NCBI GenBank assembly: GCA_001643675.2
Contig: LSRY02000020.1
Location: 248,001-312,000 of the forward strand
From: Monocercomonoides exilis PA203
Taxonomy: Eukaryota; Protista; Preaxostyla
DNA: 64,000 bases
Direction: 5' to 3'
The translations under genes were made by a program, and so were the position numbers. This document shows positions 37,187 through 50,800 of the stretch, in pieces. The notes under the pieces were generated by a model. The model was not told the DNA's origin. It was given only the letters and a program-made list of their open reading frames with translations, and made no database searches. Every line of letters begins with the position of its first letter. Within the stretch, counting starts at the first letter, position 1.

Positions 37187-39927
37187 ATGGGCACAAAGTT
37201 ATTTTAAAAATTCTCGTTGACGATGAGATTCGATTTATTTTTATTTTTAAAAAGAAAGCTCCACAATTCGATGGATGTCCTCAAATATTCTGTGATTTAT
37301 GGAATCCCTATAACAGTACTATCAAGTATTTATTCACAAGTGTATGAATTGTATTTTGAAGAACACTTAAAAGAGCAAATTTTTTTAAAGATCAATAACA
37401 AAGATAAAAACTGCTTGCAGACATTTAGTTCGTCATATGGAATTGATATATAAAACACTTACTTCAGAAGATGCAATTAAAGCGTGGATTCATTATTATG
37501 ATTTAGGACCTGGATATTTTGCAGATCTACTTATTAATCATTATACAACATTACAGCATCCAAAAGTTCCTCCTTCTAAGCTTTTTTGTGAAAAGCAGCA
37601 TTACATTTGCCATCCAGAAGAAATTAAACATAAAGTGATATCAAATTTTGTTGCGAAGCATCTCACCGATAATGTTATTGAAGGGCAAGACCCAGATATA
37701 TACAAAAGGGCTTTAGGGAAAATTCACGAGGAATATCTTCAAAAATGTTTAAGAGAAGAAAATATTCCTTTTATTTCTGAAAAGGAATGCAAAAAGTATG
37801 ACTTGTCCAAGACCCCGGATATTCTATTAACGCTTCCGTTTGCTGTAAATCGAGAAAAACATAAGAATTTGCAGTTATTTTCTCCGTTGTCTTTGGAATA
37901 TCTTGAGGAGAAAATGAAAACTCACCATGATGGAGATGTTATTGATTATCCAATACCTCCAGATCCCATCATTGATCGTTTAAATTTTATAAAAGAACGA
38001 AGAGACGATCTTCAAAACACACATGAAACTGATTTAAATCAGGCTAACTTTAATTCATTTCCCTCTATTCATTCGATGAATCCTGTTCAATCTTCAAGCA
38101 AGGTGTTTTCGTTGCAATTAACTACAGCAGACGCAACTGAAAATGCGGAGAATTGCAATAATCAAAGATGCATTTCGCATGAAATGAAAAATGGCTTTGA
38201 ACATTCAAATTATGCATTGTCTTTCTCTAACTCTCCTCCTCTTTCTCCAGAGTGTGCATCGCAAATATCTTCACCTTCACCTTCACCTTTTTCACCTGCA
38301 ATTGGATATTCTTGCAGCAGCACATCTTTCGATTCTCTTTCATGTTCATTTTCTCCTTCTCATTCTCCGTCTCCTTTTTTCTCAAACACAATTGACAATT
38401 TTTCGTTTCCATCAACTTCGAATTCACCTGAAACGAATTATGATCTTCAAAAAATCAATCAAACACATCAAGAAAATTCTCTTTCAAATCATTTTCAAAC
38501 GCAAACGTCTCCTTCATCATCTTCTTCATCTGCATTAGCGTCGACAGCTTCTTCTTCTTCTTCTTCTTCTTCTTCTTCATTCGTTGGAGGAAAACAATCG
38601 TCAGAAAACAAATTCGATTGTTTGACTGATGTTATTCATTCTCCATCTCTGTATTTGGAATATAGAACACGAAAAGCCGAAAAAAAAGCACAAAAAATAT
38701 TGCATTCAATGAAGCTGGAGGAAGTTATTGCTGAACGTAAAGAATTGGAGGAGTTTTTGTGGGGCAGAAGTGCAATTGAAAGTGAATGCATTGAGAAAGA
38801 TGAAGCATCTGATTCTCTTTCAGATGACTGCGATGATTGGCTGTTTAACAGGCGCATTTGCATCAGGAAAAATGAGCAAATGAAATCAAACCTTAAAACT
38901 GACACTGATGCAGATTCTGATACTTATGATATAGAATCAGGGTGCATCCCGCCTCCAACTGCAGCATACTGTCACAATTTTCGCAAGCACCCACATTCCT
39001 GGACTCCTGATTGTCCGTACCATTCACTTGATGTTCAAACAGACTGCATTCATTGTGAGCAGCCATCTATTTCGTCGAGCTCCATGCCTTTTCCTTACTA
39101 TGCTGAGTATCTAGCTAAAAAGTATTCTTCTTCTCTTTTGCCACTGCGTCAGTCCGAACTCCTCCTCAGATGGTCAATTTATCCTGTTGGCTATCCGCGT
39201 TTCACTGAAACTTTTCCTTTCTTTGTTGATGTCTATCAGCAATTGCTTTTAGAGGAAACACTTATCACGCGCAGGATGATGAGAAAAGAGCACAAAATAA
39301 AAGAGCGCAGTCTCCACAGGCGACTTACAGCAGAAGAAAAAGCAATTCTTATTGAAGATATGAGAAAACGATCAGAGTCAAGATTTGAATACAAAAGAGA
39401 TGAAGCAACGCATCTGACTGATTCGTTGACGGAAAGAAAATGTGGAGGTGAATCACTTTTTGGTATGCGTCAATCACCTTTTCTTTTTAAGAATTATTCT
39501 TTCGTTTTTGCTTAATGTTTGTTGGTATCTCTATTCTGAAGCAGATTCCATAGAACAGTGCTGCATTAACAACGAATTTGTTGTGCATTGGATGGACAGT
39601 AAAGCATCTTTTAGCGACGATTCAATGATGATAAAGAAAACTCTAATTCAACTTAAAAGTTACTGCACTCGTTTCGGTAGTGGGATGGTTATATTCTTTG
39701 GCGATCATTTCGATGAAATGACTTCGCTGTTATCTCGTTGCGGATTGGGAAATTTGATTATGTGTGTGAATTGTTTTCCAAGAAAAGAAGCTCTAATTAC
39801 ACTAAATTGGTCTGAACTTCTTATCAAAGAAAACAGACTGATATCGTTGAACAATAATCAAAAAGTTTTATCTAAAGAAAAAGAATGTGAGGAGTCATGG
39901 GAAATAGCAACACAAGATTTGATTTAA
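37187..39927 (+). CDS. CDIN1: CDIN1/C15orf41-like PD-(D/E)XK nuclease (TPD domain) with large insertion; start codon uncertain
   Basis: Motifs TVLSSIYSQ, RALGKIHEEYLQKCLREENIPFISEKE, KTPDILLTLPFAV and VVHWMDSKASFSDD...QLKSYCTRFGSGMVIFFG match C15orf41. Introns ~37198-37254, 37342-37390 and 39463-39541/39544 (NAGNAG acceptor). Confidence 0.88.
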
Positions 39928-42611
39928 ATTGATGATAATGCGAACTAATGCTTTAACATTGAACCATGTTAACATTTTTGAATATTCAAGTTCAAGACTT
40001 GATTTTTAAAATGTATTTCAGGCATTTTCCAAGTCTGCAAAGCGCTCCAATTTTCAAATGCGAATTAATGAAAATAGATATTTTTTGAAATAATTTTTTT
40101 TTCATAATTATTATTTCAAGATTTTTCCTTTCAGTTTTGGAAAAATATGTATGTAATACACTTGTTTTATAATTTTTATATGAGGAAAAATTCTCAATTC
40201 ATTGTTTTATTGTTCTTTTAATGATATTTTGAACAATTGGCTGATCCTTTTTGTTTTCATTCTTTTGTTTGAATTTTTATCAAAAATGATGATTTTGTGA
40301 GAAAAGTTTTTTGAATCGATTGTTGAGAATTTTTTAATCACTTAGCAAATGAGGTTAATATATTTTGACCTTTTTCCGTTATCCCAAAAAAGAAATTTTT
40401 TCATAAAAAAATGTGATTTAAACCATTATGTCACTAATTGCCATGCTCATATCCCATTCAAAATGAACTTCAGAAAAAGTGTTTTAATCCTCATTTTTGA
40501 TAAAAAGAAAAGATCTATCATTTTTTCATTCATTCTTTCATTTTATCTTTCTTCCTTTTCTTTCTTTCTTTTTTTTTTCGTCTTTTCTTTTCTCGTTTTT
40601 TATTAATAATTAATAAATTACATTTAACTAATTTGTTGACATGTGCAAATCGATAAAATATTCAGATGGAATACAAATACATGTTTTGTGAACAAAATTA
40701 TAAATTGGTCCATCTAATTAAGTTTGTTCTTATATGAAGAACGAAACTGATCCATTTTCATATGGGGCAAAATATTTCACTTTAATCATTTTCATAGAAA
40801 AAATATGCACTTTTCATTGACTTTTTGATATCAAAAAACACAAAAAAAATATAATTATTTTTTGACCCACGGCTAATGTTGGAAAACTTTATGTTTTGAT
40901 TTCAACGATACCTGTTTTCGGATTTTAAAATCAAATTTATTTTGAAATCTGAGAAAGCGAAATAAAGTTTTGAATGAAACAATTTTTTCTTGCTTTGTGT
41001 ATAAAAAGCTTGAAAGTCAATATTATCCACCATTTAATAAATTTCGATGAAAATTTTCATACCGAAATTCTTATATGGAATAATATGAAATAGAAAATTA
41101 TCACCAATATGAAAAATTTTTACACATTTATTCTTTTATAACGGAAATAACCTTCACATCGAATAAATTTAATGATTTCAGAAATGATTTGTTGTCAAAT
41201 TCATTTTTCTTTATATGATTAATAAAATAATAAATTTTTCTTTTTATTGTTTCACTTTAATAATTATAAAAAATCAAGTGTTGAAAATTGCATATTTCAA
41301 AAAAATTAACACACGTTTTTGAGTTTCCAATGATTTTTGGAATAAATAAGGATTTTAAATCTCTCATTTTTTTTGATATTTCTGAAATAATATAAAATCT
41401 TTTTTCAGCGTGAGCTGTTGAAAAATATTGTAAATTTCATTGAAAAAAAGCAAAGTTCAAAAATATTGGAGACAAACGACTGACTTATGCGTATTTACAG
41501 ATGTGATATTTGTATGATTTTTTTAGTTAATTTTTCCAAAAAATGTCACTTATCAAATTCTGTGAAAAACACATTTTCGTTAATAACAGAAAAAAAAAAC
41601 AAATAATGATCAAACATCAGTTCCGAATCACAAAATTTCACTGGAATAGAAATATGTCATTTTTATTGTTGTTATTACCATTTCAGGAAAATGTCATGAG
41701 AGAGAACAGAAATTTGATCAATATTTTAGATTTTAAATTATTTTGTACGTTAGACAAATGTGATTTTTCAAAAATTATAACCTATTTCATTTAATTTCAC
41801 TCAATTCTCATTTGATTTGATAATTTTACAAAATTATTTTGAGTTATAAACAGTAAAAGCTTAATTTTTGCAAAGTAAATTTGAATAAATAATTTAAAAG
41901 AAGATTAAATAAATCATTACATTTACGTTAAAACAATTATCTCAAAAAACATTTAAATTCTTAAAAAAATGAAATAAAAATATATGATTCTCTTATAATA
42001 CATGCAAAAAAAAGAGGAAAATATAAATTATAAAATGTCAAACATTTATAATTAATAACATAAAAATGGAGCATATGTTAATGATCTCCATATAAAATAA
42101 AATTGCTCAAAAATCATTTCTGATAATTTCCTGTTCTGCCAAGATAAAACGAAATCCTTCAATAAATATCAAATAAAATAGTTCACAAAAATTTGGCAAA
42201 CGAAAAGAGACACGAAACTGGAATTCAGCTTCAGATTACTCACTTTCACAATCTAAATAGCTCAAAAAATTTCCATGTTAACCATAGATACATCGAAGAA
42301 TCACATTCATATTTGAATCTGGATTACATAACGGACTCAAATAGAACTAATTCACATTTTTCCTATTTTTATATCACTTCAACACATTAATAACAATATT
42401 CTGTGAATAACACTACACATTTTTGCAAAAGGCACTTAAATACATTTGCTTTAATATTTCAATGATTACACATCATACATAATACACAATGATAGCATAA
42501 AACTTTCAATTTTCATTCACATCAACTGAATTTCATTTGATTCATCAGCCCAAAGTTCAATCACATCATTTACAGCCTTGAAGTTTATCAACATTTTCTC
42601 AATAAAAACAT

Positions 42612-44773
42612 TCATTGAGTCGGCGACAAACCGTTTGAATCAAATGATGAACTAGAAGAACCGTTAGAAATTCCGTAATTTTTGCCTGAACCAAATCTTG
42701 TGTCAATGTATCCATTTTCTTCATTTGTGTGGCAAAGATCCTCTTCATCCGAACTAATTCCGCACTTTCCACAGCAAAAACAGCACGTAATGAATTTAAC
42801 AAAAGAAGAGCAGAATTTTGAAGCAGACGAACGCTTGTGGTATGTTTCTGGTGATTCACATGGAGTAAGCTGAGTCTGATAGCGACAGGCAGACAGCGAA
42901 GATGAATACGGAGTGGATTGACTGCTTCCAAGTGCAGAAGGCTGGAATGCTCCGTATTTGTGTGGAGATGAAGAGGAGTAGCCAGGATATCCAAGAAGCG
43001 CCGATGATGGATTGGAAGATTGAAGTGAATCTTTGCGAATTGACAGGCTTTGTGAAGAATTTGTGCCTTGACCTTGTTTTGAAGCCTTTTTCTTTTTCTT
43101 TTTTTCTTCTTCCATCAGCTTCAACAACTGTTGGTCTGCCTGTTGATCAAAGTTACCATCGAGAATATGGTTATAAGAAGACGAAGATGATTGAAATGTT
43201 GCCCCTGAAGAAGCAGCACTGAACAAGTCAGATGGAGAATGCTTGTCAGCACCGTTTGGAGTGGATGAAGTGGATATGACAACCGGCCCTGCCTTTTGGT
43301 AGGATTCAGGTCTCGTTGAAGTGGAAGAGAAGGATAAAGAGGAATGACGTGTTCTTCTCCCGTTGATATGTTCTCTCGAATCAGAAACCAAAATCGGCGG
43401 AAGAGAAGTTTTGACAGCTGGAAGAGGCGCATAAGAAGTGTTTGAAGTGCTTGAAATGATTGCAGAATTTGGAGTGCTTGAAGAAAAAGACGAGAAAGAT
43501 GTAGAAGTCGAAGACGAAGCCAATGGCGAGACAAGATGAGAAGCATGTTGCTGAGTCATCTGACTTCCCAATGCACTTTCTGTTTTATACACTCCAGTGC
43601 TGCCAACAACAACTGGCCTCTGCCTCTCCAAAAGTGTGTGTCTGCGAGGCATTTCTCTGCGAAGTGAAGAAGAAGAAGAAGAAGAGGCAGAACCAGCATA
43701 GTTGTTGAAGGTGGAAAAGAACTGCTGCGACGAAGAGCGCATCACAACAGAAGAATCGAGAAGGAGAGACGAAGTCAAAGGCGCGCCGGCTGCATTGGAT
43801 GAATAAGAATAGCCGAGCTGCATTGAATGAAATGAAGCAGGCGAAGTGGTTGATGGAATGCTCGAATGAAGATGGCGCGATGAAAACATTCCCTCAAAAG
43901 GCGTTTTGGGAGTCTGGGGATGAGCATGTATGAATGAGAAGCTTTGGCAAGAATTGTTCAAAGAGGGAGAAGGACTTGGAGTGGAAGAAGTTGATTGAGA
44001 AGACAGAGACCCAGGACTTGCTCCAGGAGATGATGCAGCAGATGCACACGATCCTGAAGTCTCTCCTGGAAAGGACCCAGTTACAGATGAAGAGGTTGTT
44101 TGAGGCCTTGGAGCTAATCTCGGTGAAAGAGATTGCTGAGGGGGCACTGTTGACAATTGCAGAAGATTTTTCCGAAATTGATTGTAACTATCTGGATCAA
44201 CAAACAACTTGTATTGCATTTGAATAAAGAAAGTGTATTCTAATTGATTCAATTCTTGAACATGAACACCACCTCTTGTTGCATAAAAAGTATTTGGATA
44301 ATATTTATCATCAAGATATTTCACTGCAAGAAGCGTACTAATGTTCAATTAAAATTATAAGTTTCACAAAACTAATAAACAACAATTTGTAAAAAAACCT
44401 TGCCAGAAAAACTCGATGAATACTATCTTTATTTATACAAAGATATCGTTCTCTTCTAGCAATTTCTATATAATATGTAGAAACAGTAAAGCAGACAGGA
44501 TTACAATAAAACTCTTGCATTAGTCTAAATCATAAAAAAATATATTACAAATATCTATAAATTGTAAAAGCCAAACCGCTTCAAATATTGCGCAATGCTA
44601 AGCGAAGGGGGATCTGAAGATGCAAATGCCTTATCAACGCTACCAATCGGTTCTTGACTATTTTGTTGGGCAATAACACTCAGGTAGAATGAAACAGTAC
44701 TGTATGTCTCTGCAACAAGATCAGAATTGGGCACAACTGCAATTGCATTATGTTTTATTCCGTGCGTTGACAT
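42612..44773 (-). CDS. PHO80/PCL (P/U-type) cyclin with long Ser-rich tail (introns 44525-44576 and 44338-44398)
   Basis: PPSLSIAQYLKRL...CNPVCFTVSTYYIE...INKDSIHRVFLASTLLAVKYLDDKYYPNTFYATRGGVHVQELNQLEYTFFIQMQYKLFV is the PHO80-like cyclin box. Confidence 0.92.
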
Positions 44774-44895
44774 CTTTAGTACACTTTTTTTGCCTACCTA
44801 AACGTCGAAAACCGATTCGCTATCCCAATTTATATAAATAGCGGGTTTTACCCATTGTTTTCAAATTGAGCAGATTTGGCCTGATTCCCAACGAA

Positions 44896-47275
44896 ATGAA
44901 AGCACTTGAAGGAGTTAAAAACAAATTATTTAAAAGCGACACAAAAGAAGAAGATGAGAAAAAGAAAAATATAGATGAAAATGCAGCCGAACAAAAGGAA
45001 AAAGATAAACAACCAAATCCTTCAACCTCTCCTGAAAAAGAGAAAAAAGAAGAAGTTGCCCAAAAAGACGCAACACAAAAATCATCAACAGAAGAAGCTC
45101 CAAAAGAAAAAGAATCCAAAGGAATTAAATCTTGGTTCAAGAAAAAAGACAAAAATAATAAAAACAATGAGAAAAAAGAAAAAGAAAAAGAGAAAAAAGA
45201 AGAAAGTCCCCTGGGTCCAGTTGTTGAAGATAGTTTGTTCTTTCTTTATTTTTTTGGATTCATTTATTTTAATATTTTATTATTTTCAATTTTTCGTTAA
45301 TATCACAAGCTGAGACAATGAAAAAAGTGTATAAAATTGTTAGAGTACTTTTCTTCTTGATAAGTGTCTTATCTATCGTATTTGGCATAATTATTGCAGT
45401 GTTTTCAATTGTGTCCTATGTAAAAACTCCATTTTTGTCTGCAGTTGTGACGAGAATGCTTATGTGTGGAATTTCTATGGTAACAACTGGCTGTTTTGCA
45501 ACGTTTTGCTCATCTTTGTTTGGATGCTGCAGTTGTGCAAATGCAGGATGTTTAAAGAAAACATTCTTAGCTGGCTATGCAATTTGCTTTGAGCTAGTTT
45601 TATTTGGTGGGCTATTCTTTTTTTACTCTGACATTTGGATAAATTTGGCAATGTTGGACGGATCAAGATCGTATGCGTTTGGGATTGATTACTCGAAAGG
45701 TGGAGACATCAATAAAATGATTAAAGATCATTATGGCATTATTAATACAACTTCTGGTTTCTGTTTACTCGGCTTTTTCATCATGCTTATCGCTACAATA
45801 TTAGCTGGAATTCTTTTAAGGCCTCAGAATTTCCTTTCGGTTTGCTATTTATTTTTGATTGTAATTGTTGCTTTAAAGTGCAATGCTGTTCATTATATTA
45901 TGCAAAAATAAAACATCTGTAACTTATCGCTTCATTCTTTGGAAAAAAAAAAATAAATGCAATTTAATTAGAATCTTCGTCCGATCACAATTTCTATGAT
46001 TGCTGCATGCGGTACAGAACTTGCCTTCTTAGGAGCATTTTTCACTGTCCTTCGTTTGCACATTTATTAACATTATTATTATCCACTCATTTATTTTTCA
46101 TTTATTTTATTTTGTTTTATTTATTTATTAATTGTATTTTTAACCATTTCCTCCCAACATTCATTTATTATTCCACACATCAACACCTGTGCTTCATTCA
46201 GAGTGCTATTCAGTCGCCACCAAAGGCATCTCCTCCACCCTCTGCGGAATCGGCTCTTTCATCGACGTGGCGCTTGTGGTGACGACAATTCTGAACATCT
46301 TCTGCGGAGGCAAGAAAAGGCCTCTGTTTCTGCCCAGGGCACGAGCAGTCATTATGGTGGGAGCATGCATAGCTACATTCATCCTGGCTATTCTGCTTGC
46401 AGGATACAGGAAGAGCTATGCAGAGACAAACAACACAGAAATATACAGAAGCCTCGGATTGATGGAGACAAGCAAAGGGAAGTACGAGATGAGTGCAGAG
46501 GGAAAGAAAGCGCTGGCCAATGTGAAGAAGACATACGGCTGTGGGAAGAGGAAAGTGACTGGAAATGAGCTCATCTGCAGCAGCGATGTGGAAGCTGTCA
46601 ATGAAACAGCCAGGCTGATGACGGAGTCGGCGAATGGGTCAATCACATTCATGGGTTTGATGGATGTTGAGTGATGATGTCTTTTTTTATAATTTCATCT
46701 TGTGATATGAACATATGAATTAATCATTTCTTTCTTTTTTCTTTTCTTTTTATTTGTCATTAAATTTTTTAATCTAATCCTTCATTTATTTCTCTCTCTC
46801 CCCCTCTCCCCCTCTCCCCCTCTCCCCCTCTTTCCCTCTGCCTCTAATTTTTTTATTTAATTAATCATATCCAGCATTTGCATGCGTATTGCTAGTCATC
46901 TTCATTGTGATTGCCATTGTTCTTGTTGCACTTGGCGAGTGGATCTTCAAAATGTGGCAGAAGGCACTTAATTCTGTCAACGAGAAACTGACTCAAATGG
47001 AAGATTCATCGAAAGACGAGAAGAAGAAGTCAAAAGATTCACCTGAGAGTTCAAACGATGTGCCGATGGTTGAGGAAAGCAAGGCATCAGCATCTTCCTC
47101 TGCTTCATCATCATCATCATCATCATCATCATCTTCTTCTTCTTCTTCTTCTTCTTCTTCTTCTTCTTCTTCTTCTTCTTCTTCTTCCTCCTCCTCCTCC
47201 TCCTCCTCTTCTTCTTCATCTGCTGCTCCTCCAGCACCTCCTGCCCCATCTGCTCCACCAGCCCCTCCACAATAA
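44896..47275 (+). CDS. Multi-pass membrane protein with two tandem tetraspanin-like 4-TM units
   Basis: A charged N-terminus is followed by ~8 hydrophobic segments across exons (introns 45233-45309, ~45840-45970, ~46054-46201, 46655-46874). Tetraspanin-like features include LFGCCSCA...FLAGYAICF and a Cys-containing loop (KKTYGCG...LICS) before the last TM. The tail is poly-Ser/Pro. Confidence 0.6.
47105..47220 (+). repeat. Compound (TCA)n(TCT)n(TCC)n trinucleotide tract encoding poly-Ser
   Basis: Directly visible inside the last exon of the membrane-protein gene. Confidence 0.95.
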
Positions 47276-47887
47276 TCTTATTGAAGAAAATTATTCACTT
47301 CTATCATTACTTTCACGTTCTTCTTCAATTTCTATTGTTTCAGATATATTTGAATTTCTTTCTTTCAAATTTAAAAAAAAAAAAGAAGAATTATTAATTT
47401 TTCTCTTTTGATGTTTGCAATTTTATTCGTGCATTTTCAATTGGCAAAATATTTAATGCTTGAAGCATATGTGCCTTTGCTTTGACAAATTCATTAATTT
47501 TATTTGTGAGTTAATTTTTTTCATTTTAAAATTTTGAAAATGATTTACAATCTTCATTTCTTCTCATATGCTTGCCTTTCTATGTTGATTCCATTCATCT
47601 GATGGTTTTCTGTGTTTATTCAATTCTCACAATTTTTGATCTGTATGTTTTAATCTTTTATAGCACCACCTACCCTTTCTTCACAATTCCCAAAGAGAAA
47701 GCATGCATGTGCTTAAAACAAATTTCTGTTTTATAAATATTCCAAAGCTTGGATCATATAATGAATTTTTTTTATTTCGGATTATTATAATAAATTGTAA
47801 GGGCGAATGATCGATACAAGATCACTGTTTTAAAGCATTAACAATTTTCAATCCTACGCTTGATATGGCTCAAGCCTTTCATAATAA

Positions 47888-50800
47888 ATGAGTTCTATAA
47901 TTCAATTTCATGATAAATATTCATCATTTCGTCCTTACAATCCCATATATCTATCTGGAACGGATTATCTTGGAAACAGGATTGTCGTGTGTACACTCCA
48001 AGCTGTCGACAGCCACGTTGGCATAAAAGAGCAAACAGAATATTTTAATGAACATGCATTTGTTAAGGTTTGCGAAAATGCATGTTTCAACTTTTTTTGA
48101 AATTCTTTTGTGATACAGAAAATTGGAAAGTGCGTACTCGTATCAATATTATACATGCATGATATTGGATTCATTCCAAATGCTTCATCAATGATTTATT
48201 TCTGGGATCATTATCCTCCTCAGGTTTTGATTTATTTAAAAAAATTGATATTAACAATTTTCATGAACAATTCTTCTCAAACCAAACTAGCACTTTCATC
48301 ATTTTGAGCGCATTTATTTTGTTGGAGTGAATATTGATGTTCTCAAAGGATGGAATGAAATTGCGCGCCATTTACCAAAACCTATTGCAAAGCGTCTAAT
48401 TCTTTTACCAAGCGTTGAGCAGCTGGATAAATATATGTCTCCTCAACAACTTTTACTACCTGTTTGTTGTTATCGAATGAGCATTTATAAAACTCCAAAA
48501 AATCCAACTTCTTCTCCTCAGCTCTTGCCATACTTGAGAATGAGATCACCTTTTTTATGTGCTCTTTGCTCGAGCAATCCAACTGATGGTGCAAACACAA
48601 ACGGAGAAATTGCAAATGATGCAAATTCCACAAAAACAGGAAAATGCGACAGTTACAAAATGCCACCATTATCATTAAGCTTAAGCGCAGGATTACAGCC
48701 ACTTCGAAAATGCCCATATAATCATTCTTTGTTTCCACTAATGCAAGCTCTTCATCATCCCCTATATCACCCATTTCCCTCTCCTCTTTCGTTTTCTTGT
48801 GGAAAGATTAATTTATCAAAATTATATCCTTCTGAGGTTGATGAAAGAGTTGTTCCACAATACGAATATATCCCATTTGCAATTATTACAATTATTGGGC
48901 ATCTTTTTAAATGGGGAGGTTTGAAAAATACTGAAGACTTTGATAATTTTGATAAAGTTATTGAGAAAAAACATCGATTATCATATAATTTTTTTTAAAA
49001 AAACGATTTTTTTTCCTTTTTAGTAAGCAATATTTTATTTATTTGTTTATCAATTTATATTTTCGAAAAACACATTAAAACAATGAACAATATATGGCCT
49101 GTATGAATCGTTAGGGTTTGAATCACCGTCGTTGTGGGTGTATCCTCTTCCATTTGAAGCTAATGAGTTCTTCATGAAAGTGTCTGCAGATGTATTGACT
49201 GCTTTGTATTTCGGTATGATTTCAGATTATTTTTTCTTTGGTTCAATTTTTCTTCTCTCATATTTTGAACATGCTTCTTTTTTTTTCTCTCTATCAATAA
49301 TTTCAATTTCTTGTTAATATCACACTTTGAATCACCCATGCACTCACACTAAATAACACAATCCACCTATTTCTTTTTTGACATTGATCCAACATCACAT
49401 CATAACCATCCCCAGATCCGCTCCATCAGTTCCCCACGAGCACCACAAAGTTCCATGCGCGCCATCTCCTCGCGTCGTTCTGCCATTCGCTGTCTCCAAA
49501 CATCATTCCACTCGACATAGCGGTGCTGACTGTGCTGTCGATGGGCAGGCGAAGAAGGCAGGAAAGGATGGAGGAAAAGGAGATAAGGAAGGAAAAGAGA
49601 AGGCTGAAGAGAATGAGTGAAAATAAGGAGAAAGAAGAGAAAGAAGAGAAAGAAGAGAAAGAAGAAAGGTACGTAAAAGCTGAAAAGAAAACTAAAAAAA
49701 GGAAAAAGGGAAAGAAAAAGAGTAAAAACATTTATTCTCACAAGAAAGAAGATGAAAAGGAAGAAAATGAATCATATTTTGCAAACATCAACTTGTTTTC
49801 AAAGGGAAAAGGCAAAAACAGCGGAGTTTATTCGCAGCGGATGAATCCAATTGTTAAAGACATTTTGTTACAGGCACGAGAAGACAGCCAGATTTGGTTT
49901 ATGAAGAGCGATGATCAGATGTATAACGAGGTGGATGAAGACGAGGAGAAGGAAGAGAAGGAAGAGAAGGAAGAGAAGGAAGAGAAGGAAGAGAAGGAAG
50001 AGAAGGAAGAGAAGGAAGAGAAAGGAGTTGATGAGAGTAAATTGGAGAATGAAGCAACAGATGAAATGACAAAGAAAGAACATGTTGAAGAACATGTTGA
50101 AGATTCAATTGAGAAACATGGGAATTCAAATGATCTATCTTCTCCTTCCGTTTCTTCTTCTTCTCTTTCTTCTTCTTCTATTTCAGAACAGAATCAAAGC
50201 GATTCCCAGCTGATGTCTGTGCAAGTTGAGCAGGTAATTCCATTGGTTCATGAACCTCAACAACAACAACAGCATCAGCATGTTCAATCAGGTGATGTTA
50301 ATGAAGAAGTTAATACAGACGAAAACAATCAAAAAATCGAAGACTCTAACAAAGACAAAGAAATGAACCCTTTGACTAGTTCAACAAAAAATGAAGAAGC
50401 TATTAAAGAAGAAAAAGAAAAAGTGGAGGAGACGGAGGAAAAAGAAATATACCAATCTTTTTCTTTGAAAGAACAATCTGAAAAGTTAAATGAAGCAGAA
50501 GAAACACAACAGCTATCCAAACCCTTAGCATTTCACCAACCCTCAACAATTGCCTTTTCAGCTTCATCTTCCGCTTTGTTGCCCCCAACAACACCTCCAA
50601 TTCCTTCCAATGAGCACAATGGCCTCATTACACCCCCAGTCACGCCTCCAGCGTCGCCCCCATCTTCCCTTGGCTCTGCTTCATCAACGCCCACCATCCA
50701 ATTCCCAACATCAGCAAATGAGCTTGTGAATTTGACAGTGTCGTCATACATCACGCTGAATGCACTGAAGGAGAAAGACGAGGAGGAGGTGATGAAGTTG

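Noticed and set aside
37160-37200. In-frame TAA upstream of CDIN1 (PYE*YNFVMGTK), which might hint at the TAR=Gln code known in some oxymonads
   Set aside because: Multi-kilobase ORFs contain no in-frame TAA/TAG, and homology-defined C-termini (hexokinase, CDIN1) end at TAA. The standard code applies.
40349-42390. Short ORFs of 65-85 aa in the AT-rich gap
   Set aside because: Their Phe/Ile/Lys/Asn-biased composition is typical of random AT-rich DNA, and there are no motifs or coherent splice structure.
48915-49122. Similar sequence (GGTTTGAA) at the donor and just after the acceptor of one intron, suggesting intron gain by duplication
   Set aside because: The match is only 8 nt and overlaps the common GTTTGA donor consensus, so it is compatible with chance.
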